Positions 41,092 through 50,076 of a DNA stretch of 64,000 nt are shown piece after piece (the first letter of the stretch is position 1; each line of letters begins with the position of its first letter). This DNA comes from a virus. The translations under genes and the position numbers were made by a program. The DNA is taken from the IMG/VR virus record IMGVR_UViG_3300035162_002132; one strand, 5' to 3'. Under the pieces are notes generated by a model that saw nothing but the letters and a program-made list of their open reading frames with translations, was not told the origin of the DNA and made no database searches.

Positions 41092-42860
41092 TATGCTCGG
41101 CCTCCTTCACTAGCAATCCATTCGAAGGGTTGTATTGCTCCTTTTTTATTATGTAGGATTGGTTCTTCCATAACTTGAGACATTTTATTCTTTATTCTCA
41201 CTAATAGTTCTGAATGAAGTTCGCCATATGATTTAGTCAATTGTGCTTTGAACGTCTTAATTCCTTCATCATCTTTATTTTTTCTAAGCCGCCTAAGTGC
41301 CATGTCTAAAACTCTGTCTCCTAACATATACCCTTCTAATATTACTATTGCCTCCAACAAATCTGAAAACCTCAATGTTTGATTATGAGATAAGGTAGGG
41401 TCTTTCAACTTATTTCCTTCACCACTACGGCTAGTTAGATAGTTACCAATCGGGTCGTTATCTACTTCTTCGAATAGAAATTGTAGTGTTGGAATACGTT
41501 GTTTATCTATTATAGAAACTGAACCTTCCTTACCTCGCATTTCTTTTAATGCCGCTAAAATCTGTTCGGGGTTTCCATATTCAGTATCTCCTTTAGTCAT
41601 TCTTTTGACTGAGGTTCTAAGTGGTCTGGAAAATAAGTAGCCTAATTCTTGCTTAACCAACTTCTGTTCTTCTTTACTCGCTCCGCCTTCCATCATAGCA
41701 ACAAGAGAATCTCTAAGTTTTTCTGACATAGTATATTTTCTAACCTTAGTTTCAGTAAGTAATTTTTCATAGTCTTCCCCTAAGTCAGCATTGTAAACTG
41801 CTGTTTTGAATTGCCCATAACCTGCTGTCCCTGTCTTCTTATTACCCTGACCCGTTTTTACAAACTTATTATACAGAGCAACTATCTCAGCATTTTCTAC
41901 TAAACCATCTCTAATGTTTGTTTGAAGTTGTTTCTCTTGTAGTGATTGCTTTGTTTGTTGTTTAACAAAACCAACATCTAAGTTAATAGTGTTATTACTC
42001 ATAATATAGTCTATGGCAGGTTGTATTCGACTAGTACCTGCTCCACTGTCTGCTCCAAACAAATCTTGCATTATCTCTTTCATATTTCTAGATACTTGTT
42101 TAATATTATCACTACTATGAATACTTAAATTTGGCATAAAAGGTTCTCTTGCCTTACCTCGAATAGAAGTTACCACCATTCTAACATAATCAGCAGCAAA
42201 CGAATCTGATATGGTTGAAGCATCTAGTGATTGAGATGAGGCTACTTCTCCATCATTATATTCAGGTAATCTATACACTTTTCCTAAACTAGTTCTAACT
42301 ATTGGTTTAGACGGAGTTCCCCCTGATAATAGTTTACCTTGTTTATCAGACAAACTATCAGGTAATGTTACCGTTAATTGTTTATCGAGTACATATTTTA
42401 AATCTGTTAACTTATCAGTATCGAAAGTTAGTGGTAGTTGTAATGTTATACCCTCTGTTTCATATCCATAAAGTTCAGGTTTGTCTTTGATATAATTGAA
42501 TATCTTATCGCCATTTTCTTTATCCCACTTAAGTAGCCTACTAATCTTAGCACCTGATTTAGATGGTGTCACTCCTTCTAAGAAAGAAATTAAAGGTTTG
42601 TGATTACCTGCAAGAAAGTCTTCATATAATTTTATTTCTTTAGGATTTTTATAATCATCATCTTTTTTTGAAGCACCTAATTTATCCAATAGAGGTTGAA
42701 ACTCTTTCTCATGCACACCATCTTCTACTAAGTTATTGATTGCCCTTCTAATCTGAGACTTACCATGATTAGCAAGTATCTCATCAAAGTTACCTGACTT
42801 TCTAGAAGCAATAATCTTGTCTCTGAGAGTTTGCCTTTTCAGAATATCTGTCCAATTCAT
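41091..42860 (-). CDS. Large tagged protein (MNWTDILK), 589 aa
   Basis: N-terminal tag; GAGG RBS. Confidence 0.75.
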   Translation of the reverse strand: MNWTDILKRQTLRDKIIASRKSGNFDEILANHGKSQIRRAINNLVEDGVHEKEFQPLLDKLGASKKDDDYKNPKEIKLYEDFLAGNHKPLISFLEGVTPSKSGAKISRLLKWDKENGDKIFNYIKDKPELYGYETEGITLQLPLTFDTDKLTDLKYVLDKQLTVTLPDSLSDKQGKLLSGGTPSKPIVRTSLGKVYRLPEYNDGEVASSQSLDASTISDSFAADYVRMVVTSIRGKAREPFMPNLSIHSSDNIKQVSRNMKEIMQDLFGADSGAGTSRIQPAIDYIMSNNTINLDVGFVKQQTKQSLQEKQLQTNIRDGLVENAEIVALYNKFVKTGQGNKKTGTAGYGQFKTAVYNADLGEDYEKLLTETKVRKYTMSEKLRDSLVAMMEGGASKEEQKLVKQELGYLFSRPLRTSVKRMTKGDTEYGNPEQILAALKEMRGKEGSVSIIDKQRIPTLQFLFEEVDNDPIGNYLTSRSGEGNKLKDPTLSHNQTLRFSDLLEAIVILEGYMLGDRVLDMALRRLRKNKDDEGIKTFKAQLTKSYGELHSELLVRIKNKMSQVMEEPILHNKKGAIQPFEWIASEGGRA

Positions 42861-43117
42861 TATACCTCACCCTCATGGAATAAATCTTCACTATCTTCGG
42901 TATGGGTTTCACCTGTCATAAGTTGACCCTTAGTCTTATGAGTTTTACCAGTCCACAATTTACCATTTTTCTTATAGTGTTTCATATCGGGACTTTTTTT
43001 AGCAGACTCGACCTGTTCGATTATTTTTAAAGCATCAACCATAGGTTCTTCTTTATCACCATCTCCATCCAAATCAGGATAGTCAGGTTTTTGTTTTAAA
43101 ATGTCAAACCAACTCAT
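42860..43117 (-). CDS. Tagged small protein (MSWFDILK)
   Basis: Tag plus KPDYPDLDGDGDKEEPM and HYKKNGKLWTGKTHK motifs seen in small marine-phage proteins. Confidence 0.75.
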   Translation of the reverse strand: MSWFDILKQKPDYPDLDGDGDKEEPMVDALKIIEQVESAKKSPDMKHYKKNGKLWTGKTHKTKGQLMTGETHTEDSEDLFHEGEV

Positions 43118-43134
43118 TGTAATTTCTCCTCCAT

Positions 43135-43590
43135 TTATTTTGACGCTTCATAAGTTATTGCTAATTGTTCAAGGGTAAGGTTGCCATTCTCGTATTTCAT
43201 CATCAAATCGCCTCCTTTGAGGTCTACTTCTAAAACTAATTGGGATTTTTGATTCAAATTAACAACATACTCAACATCAAACTCACTATTGGATGCCTCA
43301 AACTCAAAAACCTTTTTTGTAATAAAATCCTTATCTTCATAGTCTTCATCATTGGGAGGAATCCTAGAATAGAAACTGACTTCACCCTCTACTCTATCTA
43401 TTTGTTCTAAATATACTCCACCTTGATTTTCTGTTGTAGTATAAATCTTAAAAGAATAACTACTCACTTCTAATCGTTTTTTATTAGAATCTAATATTTC
43501 TACTGAAAAGTTTCTATCCTTGTGGGTTATATTTTGCCACACTTCCATTTCTTGCTTCTTAATGTCTTTTAGTATATTTTTCCAACTCAT
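43135..43590 (-). CDS. Tagged protein (MSWKNILK), beta-rich acidic
   Basis: Tag; GGAGAA RBS. Confidence 0.75.
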   Translation of the reverse strand: MSWKNILKDIKKQEMEVWQNITHKDRNFSVEILDSNKKRLEVSSYSFKIYTTTENQGGVYLEQIDRVEGEVSFYSRIPPNDEDYEDKDFITKKVFEFEASNSEFDVEYVVNLNQKSQLVLEVDLKGGDLMMKYENGNLTLEQLAITYEASK

Positions 43591-43613
43591 TGTACCTTCT
43601 CCTTCTTAATAAT

Positions 43614-43949
43614 TCAACGATTCTCATATCGTTCTTTGATTTCATTATCTGTAAATTCACTAGGTAATACTGGAAACATTATATCGTGTTCAGTAAACCC
43701 ATACATAGAATTATCAAACTCATCATATAGTTCATCAATTTCTTTCTCTTGAGTTATTGGGTCTAACCGATAAAACTTACTCCTAAACTTACCAAACTCT
43801 TCTGCTTCATCTTGTAGCGTTCCATCATTTCCATGAGGACTTTCATATTTTCTTCCGAAGCGTTCTAAATCATTTGTAAAGTCTTCATATAATGTTTTTA
43901 TCATATCATTTATTGTGATATCTTGTTTCAAAATGTTTTTCCAACTCAT
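43614..43949 (-). CDS. Tagged protein (MSWKNILK; start revised to 43949)
   Basis: ATGA overlap with upstream stop. Confidence 0.75.
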   Translation of the reverse strand: MSWKNILKQDITINDMIKTLYEDFTNDLERFGRKYESPHGNDGTLQDEAEEFGKFRSKFYRLDPITQEKEIDELYDEFDNSMYGFTEHDIMFPVLPSEFTDNEIKERYENR

Positions 43950-44317
43950 TGATGCCACGACCCCTGTTCAGGATAAAAATCCATAGCCTCTTCAATATCG
44001 TCTTTAAAATTTTCAGCAACTTCTAACCAATCAACATCTGATATTGAATCTCCTACTTCATCTCTATCATTAACGGGAGATAATAAATCATCCATAAACC
44101 CTTTATTTTGAGACATCATTTCGGGCAACTCTTTTGCTATTGCATTTAATACATCTTCAATAACTTCTTCTTTAGACCAATGCCAATCAAGATAGCCTTT
44201 TACCTTTTGTTTGATTAATTGTATTATAGGAAAATAATTTGCTTCCTCGTTCATAACCCACAAATCTGCACTTCTAGTTGCAGTTGTAGTGTCTTTCAAA
44301 ATATCAAACCAACTCAT
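43946..44317 (-). CDS. Tagged protein (MSWFDILK)
   Basis: Tag; ATGA overlap with TerS candidate. Confidence 0.75.
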   Translation of the reverse strand: MSWFDILKDTTTATRSADLWVMNEEANYFPIIQLIKQKVKGYLDWHWSKEEVIEDVLNAIAKELPEMMSQNKGFMDDLLSPVNDRDEVGDSISDVDWLEVAENFKDDIEEAMDFYPEQGSWHQ

Positions 44318-44970
44318 TGTAACTTCTCCTCCATTTTACTTCTAACATCTAGCCAAACTTCAGGATGATTTTGTGCTAGTACTTCTTTGATAATTTGCAT
44401 CTGATGAACAATAATTGTATCTTGTCTCTTGTGAACTAACTTACCCTTGAACTCCATTAGATACTTCAGAGACTCACGAACTTCTTTCGCTAACTTAGTT
44501 AGAGAATCAATATACTTAGCATCCAAATCATCTGAATCCATGAGTTGGTCTAACTTACCTTCAAGTCTAGAGATGTTACCGCTTAACGTATCAATCTCAT
44601 TTACCTCTCTAACTGCTATAATATGTGCTGCTGCTTGCTGAACTAAAGGTTGAATGTGATTTTTTATATGTCTAACAATCTGCTCTTTAGAACTACCAAC
44701 AATCTTAGCCGCTAAATCAGGAGTCATATCTCCACTGTAAAGTTCTTGCTCAATATCTGAACGGTTCTCATATGTGCATAGTTTACATTTTGGGTTTGAT
44801 GCATCTGCATATCCTTCCATGTGGTTTCTTTGATGTTTCGCAGTTGTACCACTAGGCCAATTTAATCTAATATCCAAATCATCCGGTGTACAAATCATAG
44901 TCTCTAAATCAGATTCAAGGGATTCCCTTTCCTCGTGATTACAAAGACGACACCGTTTTCTAGTTACCAT
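44314..44970 (-). CDS. Probable terminase small subunit / Zn-HTH DNA-binding protein
   Basis: Two CxxC...HxxxH/HTH repeats plus C-terminal coiled coil; near the start of the head operon. Confidence 0.5.
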   Translation of the reverse strand: MVTRKRCRLCNHEERESLESDLETMICTPDDLDIRLNWPSGTTAKHQRNHMEGYADASNPKCKLCTYENRSDIEQELYSGDMTPDLAAKIVGSSKEQIVRHIKNHIQPLVQQAAAHIIAVREVNEIDTLSGNISRLEGKLDQLMDSDDLDAKYIDSLTKLAKEVRESLKYLMEFKGKLVHKRQDTIIVHQMQIIKEVLAQNHPEVWLDVRSKMEEKLQ

Positions 44971-45051
44971 TTAATAATCTCCACAATAAGGACACATTGT
45001 CCCTGACCAATTATCTTCATCTAACTTATCTATTCCTCTACAACAGTTCAT
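44971..45051 (-). CDS. 26-aa Cys-rich microprotein MNCCRGIDKLDEDNWSGTMCPYCGDY (not in ORF track)
   Basis: Exactly fills the gap: ATGA overlap upstream, TAA-ATG abutting downstream. Confidence 0.6.
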   Translation of the reverse strand: MNCCRGIDKLDEDNWSGTMCPYCGDY

Positions 45052-46172
45052 AATGCCACCAACATATCTTGCCAACTATCTATTGATTTTTTCTCTTCAT
45101 CTAGTTTAGGTCTTGTACCAAACTTCAGTGGGTATGCCGCTATGTCTCCACTAGTTCTAGCCCAATGTAATGACATGCCTTTTGATTTAGCACGAATAAT
45201 AGCCATCCTTTTAATCTGCCTTCTAGATAGTTTGAACCAACATTCTGTGATGTCATTATCAACACTTAAATTCTTTAATGTTTTAACTGCTTCAGATTCA
45301 GTCTCGGTACTAATGTCAAACCCTTGAGTATTGAATAGTTTCCAAATTGGCTTATCGGGAAAAGAACCCGTTGTACCCTTGCCCTTATCCAAGGCAGAAT
45401 CAATTATATCTCTGATAAATGATATTGTTAAAGCAGTAGTTGCAGCCTTTGCTCCTTCAATGGGTACGCGGTTATCTTCCCCTAATGCCATATCAGCATT
45501 TTCTAATGTTTCAATTGCATTTTTAATTATACTATGTAAACTAGGGGAATTGAAAGGTGAAGCATTACCATCACCGTAAAGAACTTGCCAAAAGGGAGGT
45601 TGTGCTGCATTCTGTGTCTCGTTATACCACTCACTATCTTTAGCAGGAGCATCTTGACCTTTTAATTCTCTTACTGTTTCATATTCGTCAGTTCTGTAAT
45701 GTCCAAAAACAGGCTTAGTATTCAATATTGCTCCTGTTCTATCAGACCAATTGGAAGGATTTGAAAACTTAATATTTCTAGGGTCTGCGCTAGTTCCTTG
45801 AATATTATCCATTATAGTATCTACTTTCTTTAATGCAATTTTTTGCGCCTGTGTCATATCTCTACTATTGAATACAGTCTTCAAACCTTTGAATATTTGA
45901 ACTCCACCTTTACCCTTTATTTTAGTTCCGACCTTACCTTTAACTCTACCCGCAATGCCTTGATTCTTCACTAAGTCTAACAAACTTAACCCTCTTGTTT
46001 CAGGACTCATCATACCAATAGTGTCACCCCTAAGACCTTCTGCTTTTCTTTGCCAAATCTCAAACTCTTCTCTAAAAGATTTAGAGGTTACGTCTAAACT
46101 AGCAGAACTTCCATCAGGTAGTTTTACTGGTAAGCCTTTCTTTTTTCTTACTGGCTTTTTTCCTTTTACCAC
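45048..46172 (-). CDS. Hypothetical protein (374 aa) ending SWQDMLVAL
   Basis: GTG start; C-terminal tag-like helix. Confidence 0.7.
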   Translation of the reverse strand: MVKGKKPVRKKKGLPVKLPDGSSASLDVTSKSFREEFEIWQRKAEGLRGDTIGMMSPETRGLSLLDLVKNQGIAGRVKGKVGTKIKGKGGVQIFKGLKTVFNSRDMTQAQKIALKKVDTIMDNIQGTSADPRNIKFSNPSNWSDRTGAILNTKPVFGHYRTDEYETVRELKGQDAPAKDSEWYNETQNAAQPPFWQVLYGDGNASPFNSPSLHSIIKNAIETLENADMALGEDNRVPIEGAKAATTALTISFIRDIIDSALDKGKGTTGSFPDKPIWKLFNTQGFDISTETESEAVKTLKNLSVDNDITECWFKLSRRQIKRMAIIRAKSKGMSLHWARTSGDIAAYPLKFGTRPKLDEEKKSIDSWQDMLVAL

Positions 46173-46344
46173 GTTTTTTACCCCCTATTGATTCGTTGTT
46201 GAATAGTGCTGATGTTCCAGTCGAAGAAGTAGTGACTGCTCCCCCCATTCTTAGGATGTTAAACCAAGAATCTTTGGAAGCCCTAACTAAACCTTGCTGT
46301 GTCCCACTAAGACCAAGACTATCAAACTTACTTATGTTACTCAT
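46114..46344 (-). CDS. Small basic protein with internal SWFNILR motif
   Basis: 76 aa; K/R-rich tail. Confidence 0.65.
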   Translation of the reverse strand: MSNISKFDSLGLSGTQQGLVRASKDSWFNILRMGGAVTTSSTGTSALFNNESIGGKKRGKRKKASKKKERLTSKTT

Positions 46345-46616
46345 TTATTACCCTTCTTTTTAGTAGTTAATATATTTCTCGCAGTTTGTGAACAGAACCT
46401 TATTTTCTGAGTTGATTCTAACTCCCAAAAGGAATTGCGGTCTAAATCAAACTTATCTTCTATGTGACAACATAACTCATATCTCGACATACTAGTAAAG
46501 TCATCATCTATTGCCAAACCAAGTACTGGGCCAGTAGGATGTACTAACTTGCGGTCTAACCAAACATAGACTTTACCCATAACAGCAATCAACTTCCTAA
46601 TTAACATCTGTTTCAT
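46341..46616 (-). CDS. Hypothetical protein (start revised to 46616)
   Basis: ATGA overlap with the upstream microprotein. Confidence 0.65.
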   Translation of the reverse strand: MKQMLIRKLIAVMGKVYVWLDRKLVHPTGPVLGLAIDDDFTSMSRYELCCHIEDKFDLDRNSFWELESTQKIRFCSQTARNILTTKKKGNK

Positions 46617-46717
46617 TCTACATACGCTCCACAATATGAACAGAAACAACCCTTCGTTGAATATTCAATCATCCTAAACCACTCACAGGTGATGCAGATA
46701 CCCATTACCGGACTCAT
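46613..46717 (-). CDS. 34-aa Zn-ribbon microprotein MSPVMGICITCEWFRMIEYSTKGCFCSYCGAYVE (not in ORF track)
   Basis: CxxC...CxxC; coupled to the next gene; first ORF of the late operon. Confidence 0.6.
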   Translation of the reverse strand: MSPVMGICITCEWFRMIEYSTKGCFCSYCGAYVE

Positions 46718-46840
46718 ATTAAAGTGCAAAATACTTTACCCCCTTGTTATTGAGAAAATGGGGTGGAATTTTTTTACCACTAGCGACTTTATTTTTGACC
46801 ATATCGTTCCATTCCCAGTATAAAAATCATTAGTATCTAA

Positions 46841-47053
46841 TTATTTAAAGTCGGTAAGCCTTGTTTGCCTAAACACTTTCTCTAGTATCACGTTAGTCAT
46901 CTCTTTTGTAGCGGATTTAATTGCGATTAGTTTTCTATCTAAAGCAGGGTCTAATTGTCCTTGTGCCTTAATATCGTTAATTTCTTCTCGTATGTTATTG
47001 AGTATGGTAGTGGCTTTTTCTAGCAATTCACGATTTAATACCTCATCCACCAT
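46841..47053 (-). CDS. Small coiled-coil protein (start revised to 47053)
   Basis: MVDEVLNRELLEK...; the longer ORF-track start crosses a poly-T tract and dyad element. Confidence 0.6.
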   Translation of the reverse strand: MVDEVLNRELLEKATTILNNIREEINDIKAQGQLDPALDRKLIAIKSATKEMTNVILEKVFRQTRLTDFK

Positions 47054-47188
47054 AGCCTTGCGTAAGGGGTTAAACAAATTAACCTTGTTAATAGGTAGAG
47101 AAAAAAATAAATTGTAAAGCAAAGCATATGGTTGGAGTACTTTGTTACATAGACCACAAAGCCCCTTGCGGGACAATGGGTGTTAGTC

Positions 47189-47917
47189 TCACTCTTCTTC
47201 TTGAGTGGCATTACGAGCATCAATGGAGGCTTGCTTTCTCATTGCAATGATGTCGGGAGTACATTCTGAAGTTGATAATGTCTGACAACGGAAATTACAA
47301 TCAATATCTACTGGTGTGGTTGTACCTATTGCATCTTCAACTAAACTCTGAATCAGAGCAAGGTCAAGCAAAGGTAAAGCAATCATATTCTCTTCAATAG
47401 CCTGTTTTCTCGCCACCTTTGAAGTTGTCCAAGTAGTCTCGAACTTAAGAACAAGACCATCAGAAGAATTACTCAGACTAGGAGTCATACGAACATCCTC
47501 ACCATAGAGCAAATGCAAAAAGTCGTAAGACTTACTGGCGTTAGTTACATCATCAGAGATATACATCGAAGAACCTCGTGGTTGACCCCATACTTGTTTA
47601 ACTGATTGGGTTGTTTCTTTACTATAATCACAATCAAAACCGTTTTCTGTCAACTGCTCTTTCCACGCACGTGCGTCAGAGGAATATGTGGTTGTAATAG
47701 CGGGTTTATCGTCTATTGTAACGTGCCATTCGTGAGAAGTAGTAGTATCATCAACTAAACCATAAGTAACTTCGGGTTGGCTACTACCATAGTGAGAAAT
47801 AGAGCATAAATACAATCCACTCTGAGATAATTTCAAGGCTGCTTTAGAGAACTCTTTATCGCTCATCTTTTCTTCTGAATACTGGTATCGGGCTGTTTGC
47901 ACATAGGTCACTGACAT
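47189..47917 (-). CDS. Early/host-interaction hypothetical protein (242 aa)
   Basis: Leaderless start about 24 nt after CCCTTATACC TATA box. Confidence 0.75.
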   Translation of the reverse strand: MSVTYVQTARYQYSEEKMSDKEFSKAALKLSQSGLYLCSISHYGSSQPEVTYGLVDDTTTSHEWHVTIDDKPAITTTYSSDARAWKEQLTENGFDCDYSKETTQSVKQVWGQPRGSSMYISDDVTNASKSYDFLHLLYGEDVRMTPSLSNSSDGLVLKFETTWTTSKVARKQAIEENMIALPLLDLALIQSLVEDAIGTTTPVDIDCNFRCQTLSTSECTPDIIAMRKQASIDARNATQEEE

Positions 47918-48059
47918 GATATATGCTCCAAAAGTACGGTATAAGGGTATTCGTTTAACAAAGTATCTCTTACCATATGGTTGTAATTACTTTGTGACTA
48001 TGAAGACCCCAACTAGTAGAGGAGGCCATTTCTGACCCCCCCTACGGGGTTTTGCGTGT

Positions 48060-48605
48060 TTACTCGGTTGTTGGGGGTGTTTCCACTGCCGGAGCAGTTT
48101 CAACCACTTTTTGAACAATTAAGTTCTTCAAAGCCTTACCCTTGACGTATTCGTAGTCTTTTGAACTACCACGAATCGCACTGTGTACTCTAGCATCGAA
48201 TGATGCGAGTTCATAATCTGCGAAAGTTTCAGCATTGTCAAAAACTCCGCCGCCACCTCTTTTGCTTTTTACAGCAAATCTCTTGAAGAAAGTAGTATTC
48301 CAAAGAGTAATCAAAGCAGTTCTTGCTTCTGCTCTAGGTGTAGCATAGTCTTCAAGTAGTTCTGAATCCATTGTTGAAGCCTTTCCTGTTTTGAAAGGAC
48401 TGGTTAATACATCCATAAAGAGAGTACGAACAGTAGACATAATTCTACTTCTTCGCTCTGCGTTTTTCTTACCTTTCTTCATAAGACGAGTCAAAGAATC
48501 TAAATCCTCCGAATAGTTGTCATGTCCCTCGACATTCCAACCCTTATTGGCTTTTTGCCATGCTTTCACTGTTACTTCAAAGTTATTCCATTTTTCATCA
48601 ATCAT
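48060..48605 (-). CDS. Early protein, paralog A
   Basis: Own promoter and AGGAG RBS; aligns by eye with 50242-50712. Confidence 0.75.
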   Translation of the reverse strand: MIDEKWNNFEVTVKAWQKANKGWNVEGHDNYSEDLDSLTRLMKKGKKNAERRSRIMSTVRTLFMDVLTSPFKTGKASTMDSELLEDYATPRAEARTALITLWNTTFFKRFAVKSKRGGGGVFDNAETFADYELASFDARVHSAIRGSSKDYEYVKGKALKNLIVQKVVETAPAVETPPTTE

Positions 48606-48787
48606 TATTGGTTGCTCCTAATATATATTGGATTTTTGGGGTATAAGGGTATTCAGATTCACAAAGTAGTTCATACCATATGGTAGGATACTTTGTCGTC
48701 ATGCCCCGAAGGGTGAGGTTATACATATTCCCAACTCTCAAATATGTATTCTTTAGTTATAATCCTCAATTGTAATTGCATTAACAC

Positions 48788-48949
48788 TTATTCACCTTCA
48801 ATGTATATTGTCTTAACTATATTATCACTATATAGAACGTATTCATACATCTTCAAATAGCATTCCTCACACAAATCACCGAACTCAGGTAGTGAGTAGT
48901 AGTGAGGTTTCCCACATTGATATTGTTCACATCTTCTTTCTTTACTCAT
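48788..48949 (-). CDS. 53-aa Zn-finger microprotein (not in ORF track)
   Basis: MSKERRCEQYQCGK...LCEECYLKMY. Confidence 0.55.
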   Translation of the reverse strand: MSKERRCEQYQCGKPHYYSLPEFGDLCEECYLKMYEYVLYSDNIVKTIYIEGE

Positions 48950-48962
48950 GCGTCATCCCCCA

Positions 48963-49115
48963 TTATTCCACTTCCACAGGTAAGTTTACTCCACAATTCT
49001 CATTAGAGCATACATACCATAACATCATCATCGGTTTTCTAGTAAACATATTAAAATCACTCCTTTCATATGTATGGCCTTCGTCTATATCTGTATTGCA
49101 TTCTTCACATCTCAT
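48963..49115 (-). CDS. 50-aa Zn-ribbon microprotein (not in ORF track)
   Basis: MRCEECNTD...YVCSNENCG; GGAG RBS. Confidence 0.6.
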   Translation of the reverse strand: MRCEECNTDIDEGHTYERSDFNMFTRKPMMMLWYVCSNENCGVNLPVEVE

Positions 49116-49121
49116 TCCTTA

Positions 49122-49298
49122 TCACTCCTCACTATATCCATCAAACCACATTCCACGCTTCGATAAGTCAGAACAAGTTGAACCACTTGTTTCCGGGTCT
49201 TGACAATGTTCTTGTGCTTCTTCGAGCGTTAACCCTTTTTTTATAATCTTAGTAGACGCTCTATTAGCCCACATTCTAATAATGTAATAAGTTGACAT
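49122..49298 (-). CDS. 58-aa protein of a widespread small phage family (not in ORF track)
   Basis: IIKKGLTLEEAQEHCQDPETSGST...WFDGYSEE; GAGGAGG RBS. Confidence 0.7.
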   Translation of the reverse strand: MSTYYIIRMWANRASTKIIKKGLTLEEAQEHCQDPETSGSTCSDLSKRGMWFDGYSEE

Positions 49299-49381
49299 TA
49301 TTCTTCCTCCTCTTCAAAGTCCTCGTCTAAATAAGAGTGGTCTTCTGATGTCATGCTATCAGGAAAATTATTTCTAGGCAT
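49298..49381 (-). CDS. 27-aa acidic micropeptide (not in ORF track)
   Basis: MPRNNFPDSMTSEDHSYLDEDFEEEEE; fills the gap between coupled ORFs. Confidence 0.45.
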   Translation of the reverse strand: MPRNNFPDSMTSEDHSYLDEDFEEEEE

Positions 49382-49382
49382 T

Positions 49383-49694
49383 CTAAATACCCCCACTGTT
49401 TAAATTGTTATACAACGTACACTCTACCATGAACCTTTTTGATTGATAGTTATTATTAGTACCTACTAACATATTTGATAAGAGTTTAACTTGATGGCGT
49501 GTTAAACCAAGTTCATGTGACATTTGAACTAACCATTCATAGTGTCTTCTAGTGAAAAGTGTGGTAGAAGGTACAGGATACGATTTACCTTTGGTACTAT
49601 ATCCGCATGAACACACTAATTCAATTAAATTATCTATATCTTCTATTTCCGTTGTATCACCACATTTAGGACAGTCTATAACTTCTGCTTGCAT
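49383..49694 (-). CDS. Zn-ribbon protein
   Basis: CPKC...CSCG; leaderless, about 24 nt after CCCTATATATACC. Confidence 0.7.
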   Translation of the reverse strand: MQAEVIDCPKCGDTTEIEDIDNLIELVCSCGYSTKGKSYPVPSTTLFTRRHYEWLVQMSHELGLTRHQVKLLSNMLVGTNNNYQSKRFMVECTLYNNLNSGGI

Positions 49695-49818
49695 GATATT
49701 AACTAAGTAATACTGGTATATATAGGGTTTTTACGACAAAGTGCCGAACCATATGGTTGGTACTCGCCTTTGGCAAGTTAAACCCCAAAGGGATGGCCCG
49801 AAGGCCAAACCTATTGGA

Positions 49819-50076
49819 TTAACGATAATTATCGTCTACATGGATTTTATTCATTTTATACGGGAGATTAGTCAATATGCTCTGTATTGCATGCATTCTT
49901 GCCTGACCGTTTCCACGGATTGCTCCGTTCAATGTAGCAATCTCACGAGATAATAATCGTATGATTCTATCATTACGACTTTTCACATCTTTCATTGCAT
50001 CTCTCTCATAAGCATAGAAACCTCGATTGATTTCATTACCATTATCTTCACGCATTACCACTTGGTACACTTTCAT
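49819..50076 (-). CDS. Early hypothetical protein (start revised to 50076)
   Basis: Leaderless start after CCCTAATATATC; followed by GGCC-UUCG-GGCC hairpin. Confidence 0.7.
   Translation of the reverse strand: MKVYQVVMREDNGNEINRGFYAYERDAMKDVKSRNDRIIRLLSREIATLNGAIRGNGQARMHAIQSILTNLPYKMNKIHVDDNYR

Larger units (their letters stand above)
43098..44336. repeat. 39-bp direct repeat (43098-43136 and 44298-44336, 2 mismatches, exactly 1200 bp apart)
   Basis: AAAATRTCAAACCAACTCATTGTAAYTTCTCCTCCATTT; brackets three tagged genes; partial third copy at about 43582-43603. Confidence 0.85.

Noticed and set aside
3219-45579. Numerous plus-strand ORFs across the morphogenesis operon
   Set aside because: All overlap long coupled minus-strand genes; S/L/F-rich composition typical of antisense frames
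17614-46344. Treating every internal ILK-like motif as a protease site
   Set aside because: Hydrophobic-hydrophobic-K is frequent by chance in this AT-rich, Lys-rich proteome; only N-terminal and domain-boundary instances were used
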